Assembly: GCA_026026165.1 (NCBI GenBank)
Contig: JAPEUD010000014.1
Span: 186,001 to 250,000, forward strand
DNA length: 64,000 nt
Reading direction: 5' to 3'
Source of the DNA: Sarea resinae
Taxonomy: Eukaryota
Below, in pieces: positions 12,417 through 27,987 of the stretch. The translations under genes and the position numbers were made by a program. The notes under the pieces are model-generated. The model saw only the letters and a program-made list of their open reading frames with translations. It was not told the origin of the DNA and made no database searches. The stretch's first letter is position 1. Each line of letters begins with the position of its first letter.

Positions 12417-15400
12417 TCACTGGGGAGCCAGTCGAGCAGTGAGCTCTTCAACACGGGCAGTCAACTCTGCAATCGCTAGTCTGAGGTCATCAGTAGCTTC
12501 AGTCCTGGACTGCTGCGCATCTGATGCATAACGTGGGACTTGGCTAGGATGTGAGGGTGCAGCCAATGGCTCTTCTCTGGTAGGCGCCTTGGAAGAGCTA
12601 GCATCTACTCTAGTACGAGTAGCCGAGATTGGCCGTTTTGGCGAAGGCGACGGACCTGCTGCAAGCGAAAAGGAGCAGGATGATGGTGTCTTCTTCTCCG
12701 AAAGATAGCGATATCCACGCTCGTAGGCCCAAATAACAAGTACGAACGGCGAATGCGTGATTTTTAGAAGCACGATGCGCGCCGTGCGCAATTGGGCCGA
12801 AGGGAAGATCAATCGAAGCGGGCGGAAGAAGACTAGCGCGATCAGATTCTAGCGCGTCTTGTCAGTAGAAGTAGTAACGTCGATCAAGCATCATGCTCCG
12901 ACGGGGGCGCAGGCAACGACCCACCAGAGGAGGATAGTAGTAAGTAAGCCGATCGGACGAAGCCGCCTAAAGTGCTCGCGCGATGTCGTATTAGGGACAT
13001 TCCCGACCAACGAAGAGATTATGATCAGGAAACATACCTCCAGGACGTAGACGGAATAGCTGGTGGGAATGGATGCACGGTCAGCAAGTCACCACGTACC
13101 TTCACAGGGCAGGCAGGTGGGCTTCCTTACACGAACAGATACTCTTCCCTGGCGTGGTCCATGACCTGAAACCATGTTAGCCATCCACTTGTCCATCCAG
13201 GGTTCATCACCCCTGTCCTCAAGCTACGGGGATTAGGCGAGTTGCCGAGCGGAGTTGCACCGTTGAGCATCCGCACCAGGCTTATGCGGGCCCGTGCCGG
13301 TTTGTGCCACCCGGCGGCTAATACCTTACCTTCATTAGACTGTTGGTCATCAGACTGATCAACGATGTAATTAGGAGGATGTTCGTCATGCAGACGAAAA
13401 CCAACTGGAGAAGCGCCGTGTCAGCCCCAGAAAACGTGACGCTCAAACAATGCGGCGGTGCAGGATACACTAACCATCAAAGGTGGACCAAGGATGGGCG
13501 AGATCTAATAACCAATCAGCGTCTCATCAGCCGAGATATTGTGATTTAAACTGACATCCTTGGCAACGTCCTGATGAGGCACACTTTGTTAGCGACGAGA
13601 AACTACAATATGATTGCCGTCAAGGCGTTCTTTCACTCACGAATCCAAGGTAGCTTGATCTTCAGACCGCCATTATCAGCCTACAGATAGTTCCAAAGTC
13701 TCGGGACTCGTGAGCTTACCCAAAGAAAACCTTAATGAGTACCCAAGACACCTCTCTTAGCGTAAGATGGTCCCTCGCAAGTAATGTAAAGGTAGTTAAG
13801 AAGCCTACGGCCCAATTAACAGTCGATGCAGGAAAGGGCTACCCGAAGCAATACAACGCACCTAAGTAGAGGATTATGACTATGCCGAGAAACCTGAAAA
13901 AATCTTTCGACTACGGTCCGTCAGTGACCATCACTCGCATGACGGAGAGGGCGAGCCCGATGCCGGCCGTTGTATTACTTACCATCTCCTTGAGGCACGG
14001 TATCTGTAGGTAGTGCTGTCAGCCCAGCATCGACCACAAATGAAAGAGGCTATCTTACTAGGGTCCCAACGTAAGGGTAAAGACTCAATAGAGAAAATGT
14101 CCTAAACCATCAGTACTTCTCAGCTGTCTGCTCGACATCCTGCAATCAAAAATCTCACCTAGGAATGAGAAAGAGTGCCTCTAGCGATAGGATATCGAAA
14201 GAAACATCGATAATATCAGCATTTCCTTTCGTAAACCCAATGACTCCTGAAATCATCTTCGTGTTAGCAAGCCTTGTCTCCGTGCCGCGCCAGAGGATTG
14301 CATTCCCGTTGCAGCGGCCCGTTGCGGCAACGTACGAGTAATGAGATAAGCAGCTCCCACGCCGACTATTCCGAGGTCCCATAGATTCCAAAAGTCTGCA
14401 GCGTAGAATAATGCCCCCGCATCTTTGAGTTCACCAAATTCATCGCACGCGAAGGCAGTAATCCACAGATATAGCAATATTTCGGTCGACGTGATTTTGT
14501 GAGGATTTCTTTCAACAAGCACGGCATAGTATAATGTCAAAAACGACGCAAAGAAGATCACCTCGAACAACTTCAGATACCTTGGAACACGAAGTCGTGT
14601 GTATGGATCAGCTTTGCTAGATTCACGTTCAGCCTTGGACCCTTTCCGGACGGCCGCTTCGATGGAACTTACTGTTCGCTGTAGAATAGTGCCTTTTTCT
14701 TGGTAAGAGAGCTCAGCGACTCCCAAAAGATGATTTCGCCACTCCAAATCCCATTGATGATCTTCTGAGCAACTCTCTGACTAAGAAATTTCTTGGCTTC
14801 TGCCACTGCAGCTATCTCGAGAGCATTGCGGCCTTCAAAGGTACTCGCAAGGCCCTCTCCTTGAGCACTGATCGCCGGTTCCCCGACCTCGTACACGGAG
14901 AAATGAGACGATATCCGGACTGGCTTCCGCCTCCTGCTTTCTGGGATAGGTTGTCTTGCTAATAGATGAGTAGTCTCGTCAATATACATATCCTGGTGCG
15001 GTATTTCGTGGGCGTCACTATAGGCCTGGCCGTTCTCTGCGTCGTCGGGCTCTTCCGCAAGAGGAGAGCTTGATGGGAGCTCGTACAGGAGCTGATCAAC
15101 CACATCGTGCTGAGAGAGGTAGGAAAGAAAACGCCAAGCAACGATCTCGCAGGCGTAACCTCTGCTCTCGTTGATCCCTCGGTCATCTGGATCTGCCGTT
15201 GAAAAGCGCCACTTGAGCGCCCTAGTTCTCATTGAGTGAAACGTCTGACCAAGTGCTTGAAAACGAAACTAACATGAGTGCTGCAACAAGGGCCGGATGG
15301 TGACAATTATTAGCCAGGCCGACCACCAGATTGCCAAGGTGGCGGTCGAAAGCAGCTGTCCGCAGCTGTTCAAAAGTTTGCGGTGTCTCAACCGCGTCAA

Positions 15401-15619
15401 TGAGGTAGCTGTGGAATGTTACTTCATAGGCCGAAACATGAACCTCAACAGAGATCAGTCATAGTCTCACCGAGAAAGCTTGCTTGTCACTGCTGCAAAT
15501 GATTCATCGTCGCGGATATCCGGCAGCTCAAGCTCATCAAGTCTGCCATGGCGAACGGGTGCCGGCGAAGACGAAGTCAAAGGCCTCGCAGGTGACACGG
15601 TAAAGTCGGGTTTCAACAT
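12417..15619 (-). CDS. Yvc1/TRPY-like non-selective cation channel (TRP-like), 17 exons
   Basis: Traced through 16 GT-AG introns in one frame from MLKPDFTV...; motifs GINESRGYACEIVAWRF, NALEIAAVAEAKKFLSQ, PYTRLRVPRY, FYAADFWNLWDLGI, KVFFGSSYLGFDVAKDISPILGPPLMLVFVCMTNILLITSLISL, HAREEYLFVYSVYVLE, PPLNLIAL. The start codon is less certain. May be a YVC1 paralogue. Confidence 0.85.
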
Positions 15620-17409
15620 GTTGCCAACAAAGCTTACTCTTTGCCAGAACTCTCCACAAGCGGCAGAATTTGATTTAGATGTGCGCTTGCGCGGTGGTGA
15701 GTCTCATAGCTGCAAAGTTGCGAAAACACGAAGACACGACGCGAAGACGCGAAGATACAACGTATGGATCTTTGTCAAAGTCTCAAATCAGGTGAATCAG
15801 AGGGACAATTAGAAGAGGCGGTAAATGTTCGGCAGACAAATGCAATGAAGAGAATCCTGAGGGTGGAGCTCCTTCTATCTCCCTGGTTCTGCCACGGCGC
15901 CTCTTTTGTGATATTCAACCGAGACGCTTTCCAAGGGACAGCTGTTTGTCGCAGTTGTCGCCCATTATCGCCATTATCGCCTTGGCGGCCGTTCTAGCGG
16001 CTAAGGTTAGACGCGAAACACGCCAGTCTTACCGCTCGGAACCAGATCCGAACATCCATGATGAGAAAGGCAATAATAACCACACACACACACACAGAGT
16101 TCTCTTCTATGCCCTATCAGATATGCGGAAGAGTGGCACAGATGCATTGTCCTGTACGACATAGCTTACCACGGATGATCGTCTTCGGGACGAGTCTAAA
16201 TCAATGACAGGAGATCCGAGCCGACATCAAGAGCATCCACCACATTACACGGGATGACAGTGCAGTACGATAGTGAGTAAGTACCCGTGTCGCTTCTACC
16301 TCAATAGGCGGCATCTTCTCCGTTGGAGTGCTGTTAGCAAGGTGAGGGACGTTGAAGGCTATAAACAAGGATTTCACAACGGAACACGTTTCTCGTAAAT
16401 GAGCGGATGTCTAGAATTTACACAGAACTGTTTGTAGCCAGAATGTGACCATTCTCCAGCCCATAAAGGAAGGATTGCATCCGGCTCATCGACGAGATGA
16501 GTAGAGGGGTGTTTAGTTGAAAGTATCAGCTGCCCCTTTTCAACTTTGATCGCCAGATGTGTTTAATATGTGATCTCTTCATAAAGTAATTGCACTACAT
16601 ACGATTATTCTAGGCCTGCAGTCCTTCTCCATTCATTTATCACTTCTCCAATGATGCTGTATTTAAGAAATGACTGAAACGCTAAATTCAAGACATTGTG
16701 ATCATTGAAGCTAAATCGTGACTATAGCACCAGTACCGACCCTGCCGAAAATCGGAAGCTATTTGAGAATCACGATTTTAACCTAGTCTCTAAGTAGGAA
16801 GATGAGATGACTGGCAGACTTGGAATCGCTCTAGATACTATCTAAATTCGAGATTCCTTGTCATGCTGTTTCCGGAATATGTAGCTATAGTACTCCGGAA
16901 TACGTGTATCAATACACCAACACAATCACGGGATTCTCAAAATCCCATCATCCCGCTCATGTCTCAAATTGCAGCTTCATAATCAATGTCAATAACATAA
17001 TTCCAGTTGCTCTTTCATGACTCGAGAGGACTGACAACAGTACATAACATGCCGGCGTGAAAAGAATATACATTAGATCGCTTCCATCTAGACAATGCTC
17101 ATTCAGCCTACACTGCCAGTTTACCCTCCAGTCCCCTCCAGTCCCCTCCAGTCCCCTCCATCCGGGCGGGATTCTCTCCTGAAAAGCTTTTGCTGCCGCG
17201 TCAGGAAAGCAAGCAAGGAAGCAAGCAAGTGGGAGACCCCCTTTCTTTCACAAGAAACGCCGACATGCTGTCCAAGCTCAAAAACAGCAAAGAGGAAAGA
17301 AGGAAGAAGAGAAGGAAGTAGACGAAGAAGGAACGATGGCAATGCTGCGCTACGCATATGCCGATTGGGAATCGAATATTGAGAGTAGTAAGAGAACTCG
17401 TCATATCAA

Positions 17410-21403
<3,994 letters not shown>

Positions 21404-23329
21404 ATTGTTTCGTGAAGTCTGCGGTCGCAGCAAAAGGCTCCTAAAGCAATCGACAGACGGCTCTTTCAGATCCCTGGAGTTGGGTCCCTCAGAGCAGGCT
21501 CACGAGTCTCACGATCATGCGGCACTTGACCCAGCACGAGCCAGGCAGAAGCGTTCTTCAAAAGTCGTCGATAAGGCTGTCTTTTGTTGCCCCGACGGTC
21601 GTGCGCTTCCTTCGGCAGAGTCGCTCGCTCGAAGCCTTTCGATCTTGGAACCGCGCACCCGATTTTCTCGATCGCGGTTCTGATGTCACAAAGCTGCTGA
21701 CTCTTGCCCCGCTGTTCCGCCACCCGAGCGAATTGGAGGTGAAAGAGAGCAAAGGGAGGTTGCAGCAGGAGCAGCCAGCTATCAGCGGACCTTTCGAGCC
21801 CAAACGGTCGAGTGACCTTCTCAGGACGGGGGGGATCGAGGTTTTGAATGCGAAGAGCTAAGGTAGAATGATGTGAGCGTGGTGGGTGCGATGTACGAGT
21901 AGAGTAGATGTGCCCGAGGGTCTTGTGTTGTCTTACTAGTAGAGTAAGGTAAGGCAAGTAGGTAGGCAAGTAGCAGAAGTAGTGGAAGTAGCCTATCCGC
22001 TGGTGGGAGGTACATTCACGAAGGAAGGAAAGGGCGTTTCTCGGCTGTGTCTGCAGCAGTGTGTTCTCCAGCTCTGTCCGCGCCTGCCTGTGTCTGTCTG
22101 TGTGTCTGCCTGCGTCTGTGTGATCCGATTCTGGCGGGGAGACGGCGACGATTGTTGTTCGCTTGCTTGTTTTCGTTCCTACTCATCGACACAGGAGGGG
22201 AGAGCAGAGGAGGGGGAAGAGGATACATGTACTTCGAGATCAAGTACTGCTACATGTCAGGTCCGGTCAGGTTTCGTTCATACCCAATCCGTGCGTGAGA
22301 TCCCTTGAGATCCCTTGAAATGAGAGCGGGAAGAAAGGGCCGCATCAATAGCATAAAAGACTAAGATAGAGACGTCCCAACGGAGAACGATATCAATCAA
22401 CAACAGTGATGGTGGCCATCAAAGGGTCCGCTGGTTTCACCTCTGCATGTGACTGTCTGGTTCTGCCATTCACCAGATAATCCAATGCCCCCTCCATCGA
22501 TGCAGAGAGCCCCCTCCCCGTACCCAGTACTCTGCCCACAGTGCTTCCTGTACATGCCCGAGGGGTCTAGAGTACCTTACTCTATCTCTACCTTACTTGA
22601 ACCTCCCTACCTAGTACCTACTCCGAGTAGTACCCACGTAGTAGTACCTTAATCCACGGTCACAGACGTAGGATGACGAAGTTGCTACACCATCCATTTG
22701 GTACTCGAAGTACTCTGTACTGTACCGTATCTACCATCTGAACGTACCTATACTCATAGAACTTGCGGGAAAGCCCGCAACGCAACGCCTCTCTTGCATC
22801 CATCCGTGCCTTGCCTTGCTTTCCTTCCCTACCTACCTTACCTACTTGCTATGCATGTCCTCCGTTGGTAGAGACCAACCGAAGATGAGTCCCAGGAGCA
22901 GTAGGGACTTTTCACTATGAGAGAAGGGCTCGAGGACATTCCCATATGAGGGGTTTACTCGGAGTACAGGCCTAGGAGAGCGGTCCTGGAGAATTCACCC
23001 AGGGTCTTCGGCCAGATCCCCATCGACCACACGTGAGGTCATGGCACATCCGCGGCACATCGACAAGCCACTTGGATACAGACAGCCACGCTGGAGACGG
23101 ACCTCCTGTAACACCACCTCGATGCAATGAACCAATACGATTGTCGCTGTGCTCTCATCTCAGTTCCTGCTAGACTATGACTTTTATCGCTCTCGAATTC
23201 TAGAGTTGGCATCCCGTAGCACTTATTTCCCATGGACGCCTAGTTTCTTTCCAGTAGACGAATTAGAGAGGACTATGGTGTTGAAGCAGAATTCAAGGGG
23301 GCGCCATCTCTTCTCATTCCCTTCCGTAC

Positions 23330-24344
23330 TCAAGATCCATTGAGAAATCGATCAACCGTTTGGACAGCTTCGTCGATTTTGCTTCCTTCGATCAGCATGA
23401 CGTGTCCCTGCGGCCTGATGCCTAACTCTTGGAACGCCCGCTTAGAGTCCGAGCTGCCCTCTCCACCCTGTTTGCTGTAATCAAAACTCCCATATGCCAA
23501 GCACTGAGAGTGTAATGCCTCATCTTCCGGGTGGAAATAGAACAGCTCGTCGTCCCGCGAGCTTCCATCCTTGCGCTTTTTCTTCTGAGGTCTGTCCTCT
23601 TGCTCGTCCAACTTCGATGCGACCTCTGTATAAGCTTTTGACAAGATGAGATAGTGAGAAAACGTGTAGGGCTCTTTCTCTTCGACCGCCCAGGAGATCT
23701 CCTCGAGGAGCATCTTGTACATGGGTGGCACAACTTCTGAAGGGACATTGATCAGACGCTCGGTCAAGATCAACCCGATAGGAGGAATGGGTGTTGAGGA
23801 GAGTAAATTTGAAAGTTGTGAAAGGGTGGGGTTGCTTGCTGCCTTTTGTCGAAGATAGCTTGTGAGATCTTTTATGACTTGCTGCTCCTGCTTGTAGTGT
23901 TAAGACAAAAACTCGAGATCGAGTGCTAGAGCCAAACCTACTTGATGCTCGTGAAGGTTGAGAACGGTCAAAAACGCGTAAGGATCGCTCTCATTGCCAT
24001 CAACTTTGACCGTAGATCCCAGTAGTGGCTGGGATAGAATTAAGTCGCTCAGGGCGGAGAGGTCGAATAGTTGCGCATCAACGTCGAGTAATTGGCGCAA
24101 CAACGTCTTGAGCCCATGAAAATCGTGGTCTGGCTGTGGATCGAACCACTCGAAGTCCACATTGAGCATGTCGGTATCCTATAACAATAGTGAGCCAAGG
24201 CGGAACGCCCGGGTTGAGGTAGATGCACAGTGTTGTGTTGCATACCTCATCGCTGCTGCTATCGTCTGAGCCATCGCGCATGCGATCGTCCTTGTGCGCA
24301 CCCTTCCCGTCTGCATCATTTCCAGATTGTTTTCTTTTCGCCAT
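23330..24344 (-). CDS. BCP1: Bcp1/BCCIP family protein (Mss4 nuclear export, 60S biogenesis); 3 exons
   Basis: [75 protein letters not shown]. Confidence 0.93.
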
Positions 24345-24656
24345 GACTGCCGAGTTACTCGACAGTGGTTGTTGTGGCTTGTTCTAAAAAAGCTCCAAAA
24401 TGGGGCGACCTTTGACCCCAGGTCCTATCTTGGCGGTTTCGTTTAAGATCCAATGTCAAGTGTTGCGACTCATCACCTCACCTGCCCCTCCAAAAACCCA
24501 AACCTTAAATCTTTTTCGACGTTCGGTGGGGCATATCGCTATCAATCCTCCGCAAATTCAAGTCCCGATCACACAACAATAAAAGATCACTAACACCGTG
24601 AACGAATACACTGTTCAACAGCGCGGAACTGTCTTGACAACGGTTTCACCTTTAAA

Positions 24657-24862
24657 ATGGCAGCAGCAACTGGCAAGCTCAATGAGCCGCACAAAAGCTT
24701 TGACACAATTCTAGTCTTAGACTTCGGGTAGGACAGAACCCCGACTCCCACAGGAGAACAAAAGCAAACTATTTCTTCAAAGGCGCTGAACCTTTGCATA
24801 GCTCTTAGTACTCTCATCTCATCACGAGATGCCTTAGAGAGCTCAATATTTATCCGGAATTT
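24657..24862 (+). pseudogene. GUA1: 5' relic of GMP synthase (glutamine amidotransferase N-terminus): two exons, in-frame stop, rest of gene absent
   Basis: ATG 24657; exon 1 [24 protein letters not shown]; intron 24728-24801 (GTAGGA..TAG); exon 2 S*YSHLITRCLRELNIYPEF, then a GTGAGT donor. Matches the GMP synthase signature [22 protein letters not shown] with Q>TAG (24806-24808). Confidence 0.88.
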
Positions 24863-25453
24863 GTGAGTAGGTAGCTTTCAAAGTGCCATAGTCACCATCC
24901 CGCATCGGAAGTCTAAGATCAAAGGCCCGCGATGATTCGGCTGGCAATTGCATTACGGACTTTACTCTCCATTTCAGTATGATCGTAGTGAGGAAGGTAT
25001 GATATTTCGTTCGTCACAAATGATAGAAAATTCTGCAACTCTCCCTACGCTTGCACCCGACATACCTAAGGTAGAACTACAAGAAGGGACTAAGTACCTA
25101 GATAGGTAGCTAAGGTCCACGGTACCTTACGGAGTAGGTAGCTATCCCGTGTGACGTTTTGGACCGCCAGCGATCTGTTCTAGGATGGATCGACGTTGGG
25201 TTTCTGGGGGGCTGTGGCTGCCCTGGTCGGCGTGGAACATTATGACATCAGTGACATCATACCATTGACACTTGCAGTCCGGGCACATCTGCAGAACTAC
25301 TATTTTACCATGCTGCGTGCCCCTCGATCATAAATTGTGTCTTCAACCCAATCATCCTCATCATCTTCCACAAAGACCGCTCACTACTCCCTTAGCACAT
25401 AATACCACCTCCTTCAGTCGAATTCGATCGTACCAACTCTTCATCCAGCAATC

Positions 25454-25995
25454 ATGAGCGGAAATTCTAGCGTCGGTAACCGCGGGGTCTACGAAGCAGG
25501 CGACCAAGTCAACCGTCCAAACTCTGAAATCAACGAGGCCGAGAGATACAAGGAGGGCAAACCAAACAGCCACCTGGCCAACGACTCCAGTACGTCCTAA
25601 GCCGGCCGAAATATTTTAAGTATAAATGCTGATTACTTTGTTTCGATCAGAGGACGAGAGAACAATTGCCAACAAGTTGGCGCGTGAAGAAAAGGTCTGC
25701 CTGAAGACTTTGATGGATGGGGTCCGACTCATGCTGACCAAAATTGATAACAGCGCGAGAAGGAAGGCGAGCCAGTAGGACCAGAAGAAGCCGAGTCCAA
25801 GAAGGATGCTACTCTTCCGGTATGTGCATCTTCCTCGACCTCCCTTTCGTTGTCGAACATCGCATACTGATTAATAACATCTCGCAGGCTAAAAATCATG
25901 GCAATGAGCCAAGTAAGGGTGCAAAGGTTGACCAGGAATTGAGGGAAGAGGAAGAGGCAGAATTAAAGAAGAAGGGCGCTTGGGGTCCCAAGTAA
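25454..25995 (+). CDS. Small hydrophilic conserved fungal protein (conidiation/stress protein Con-6-like family), 4 exons
   Basis: Spliced translation MSGNSSVGNRGVYEAGDQVNRPNSEINEAERYKEGKPNSHLANDSKDERTIANKLAREEKREKEGEPVGPEEAESKKDATLPAKNHGNEPSKGAKVDQELREEEEAELKKKGAWGPK, with three GT..CTGA..AG introns. The family name is from recall. Confidence 0.8.
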
Positions 25996-26472
25996 TCAGA
26001 AGTCGTTAGATTGAGGGTCCGGCCTCGAGGTTATGGCGCATGGATGGCAATAACATGTACATGAAGGCTGTCTAGCTTTGCGACTTAAGTGTTGATTTTC
26101 TCACAGACTTGCTCTTGGATGATGCTCTTGTGACTTTCTATTTGGTTTGACGTGTGCCCGATTCCCCGAATCAGTTGGATGAAAATAATACGAAACGACC
26201 ACATTGTGGATGTACGACGTAGGCGGCCAACCAGTCATGGTACAGGCAGGTAAGGTAGTAAGGTAGATTAAAGATCTAGATCGCTTGGTCGGTTGGAATA
26301 GGTAGTCATGGCACTACCACTGTCTCGAAGCAAATTTTCCTTGCGAGCCCGAGCACCATGGCCCCAGAAGAGCTCAAAGTAAAAGCTTACTGCGCAGCAG
26401 AGGCCTGTGAAGCGGGCTGCGATATTTACGACGATTTATATAATACATTGAGAATTCTAATTTTCATCATCT

Positions 26473-26586
26473 GGAAGGATGGCCGAGTTTGGTTATGGCG
26501 TTGGATTCAAGTTTTCTTGTCTGTCTCAGGCAGATTTGTGTATCCCAATGGAGTAATCCGCGGGGGTTCGAATCCCCCTCCTTTCA
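26473..26586 (+). tRNA. tRNA-Leu(CAA) with ~31-nt intron (~26512-26542)
   Basis: Acceptor stem GGAAGGA/TCCTTTC+A; A-box TGGCCGAGTTTGG; anticodon arm TTGGA-TT-CAA-G (CAA 26508-26510); long variable arm; B-box GGTTCGAATCC; downstream T-run terminator. One apparent A-C mismatch at the base of the anticodon stem. Confidence 0.9.
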
Positions 26587-26667
26587 ATATTTCTTTTTTG
26601 TCCTTTTTGCCGACTTCAAAACCTTCCCGATAGGGTTCGTCTTGATTAGTGAGGTGCCTCCTACCTA

Positions 26668-27726
26668 GGTCGGTTGCCTCGCTCTCTGCTTAGACCTCCT
26701 TCTGTGGCGCGGGCGCTATTTGGCATGACTAAGCATGCTGAGATAGGCAACCTATAAGAAGAAGGTCTAAGGCAACTCTTCTAAATTTTAGTAGGATAAG
26801 TAGGATTATCTACTAAATATCTTGCACAATTTATCTAATAACTTAAATAACAATATCTACTACTATCCTTAGAATCTAATCACCTTTAGAGAATATATAA
26901 GATTACTAGTTCTTATTGTCTATAGATTTCTAGAGGTTATAAGTACTTAGATCTTATACCTTAAAGTAAAAAGAGTATTATATATAATAAGTAGATTCTA
27001 CAATATTATCTGTGTCAGGAGCGCAGGTACAGAGGTACTTGCGCAACGTACCTGAGGGGGCCACCAGAGTACGTAGCTACGTACTGGTGGTAAGTGCCGC
27101 GGAACGTGCCGACAGTGCAGTTCCCTACGTTAGGTGACAACTGCTGCTATATAGTAGGTAAACAGGTATAACTAGCCTAGGGGCTAGTTATAGTAGTCTT
27201 TTTGACTCAGCTGGGTACTGATTTGCCTGTTTGCAGTCCTCACAATCTGCCTCTTTAAATTTTATAGGCTAGAAATTCAATCAGTTATAGAATAGGATTT
27301 AGGCTTTCTTTGAAGCTAAAAATTATAGAATTAGAGGTTATTATTATCTAGATATTATACTTCAAATATAGTGAATAAGCTCTCTAATAAAAGAGCTACT
27401 TAAATTACAGCAAATAAAGCCTTTGTCTTATAGCGCTTCTTACTAGTTCTAAGAAGAGAAGTAGATACTAACATTGTAATCAATTATACTATAGATCTAA
27501 GCCTTTCTTCTAAGCTACTTTTTATTGCAGATAGCGTTGTGTTTACAGATATCTTATAGTTTAAAGTTAATAATAATCGCCTCTATACAAACGACTTGCT
27601 TAGCCTATACAAAGTCGGTCAAAAGTGCCTCAAACCTCTAGCTGGTCAATTGCCTAATTAGGCAATAGTGGTCCGTGCAGCGGACCACGTGACAAGCGAG
27701 GTCTGAGCATGCTGAGGTAATCACCG
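26668..27726. mobile_element. Degenerate AT-rich transposon relic (RIP-like), possible TA-flanked terminal inverted repeats
   Basis: Abrupt AT-rich, TpA-rich island with no ORF. Left end ta|ggtcggttgcctc...tgcttagacctc aligns imperfectly with the reverse complement of the right end ta|cggtgattacctc...tgctcagacctc. Confidence 0.55.
27013..27139. mobile_element. Short GC-richer insert bounded by TGTCA...TGACA (solo-LTR-like or MITE-like) nested in the AT-rich relic
   Basis: TG..CA inverted termini and a sharp composition change relative to the flanks. No exact target-site duplication seen. Confidence 0.4.
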
Positions 27727-27987
27727 TAGCGCATCATCTTGTAGCCCTGATAACAACAACTGGGATACAACGGTTATCGATTTCCGTTGCCCTCCATCAT
27801 TGCATTCCACCTCATAACACTTGCACGGATGAACGCGTGTGCTAGGTTTTCTTCCTTTTTGGTGTGAATCCATTTTGGCGGTGCGAGTTGATGATGCCGA
27901 CTTAATACCCGCTTCGCCATTGCCGGCCAGATGGGCGATCTCGACGCATCGCTGGAGCTCCACGGCTGACAATAACGACGTCTAAGC

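Noticed and set aside
24806..24808. TAG in the GUA1 fragment as an A-to-I editing or readthrough-corrected stop
   Set aside because: Editing would give Trp (TGG), not the conserved Gln, and the rest of the gene is missing anyway.
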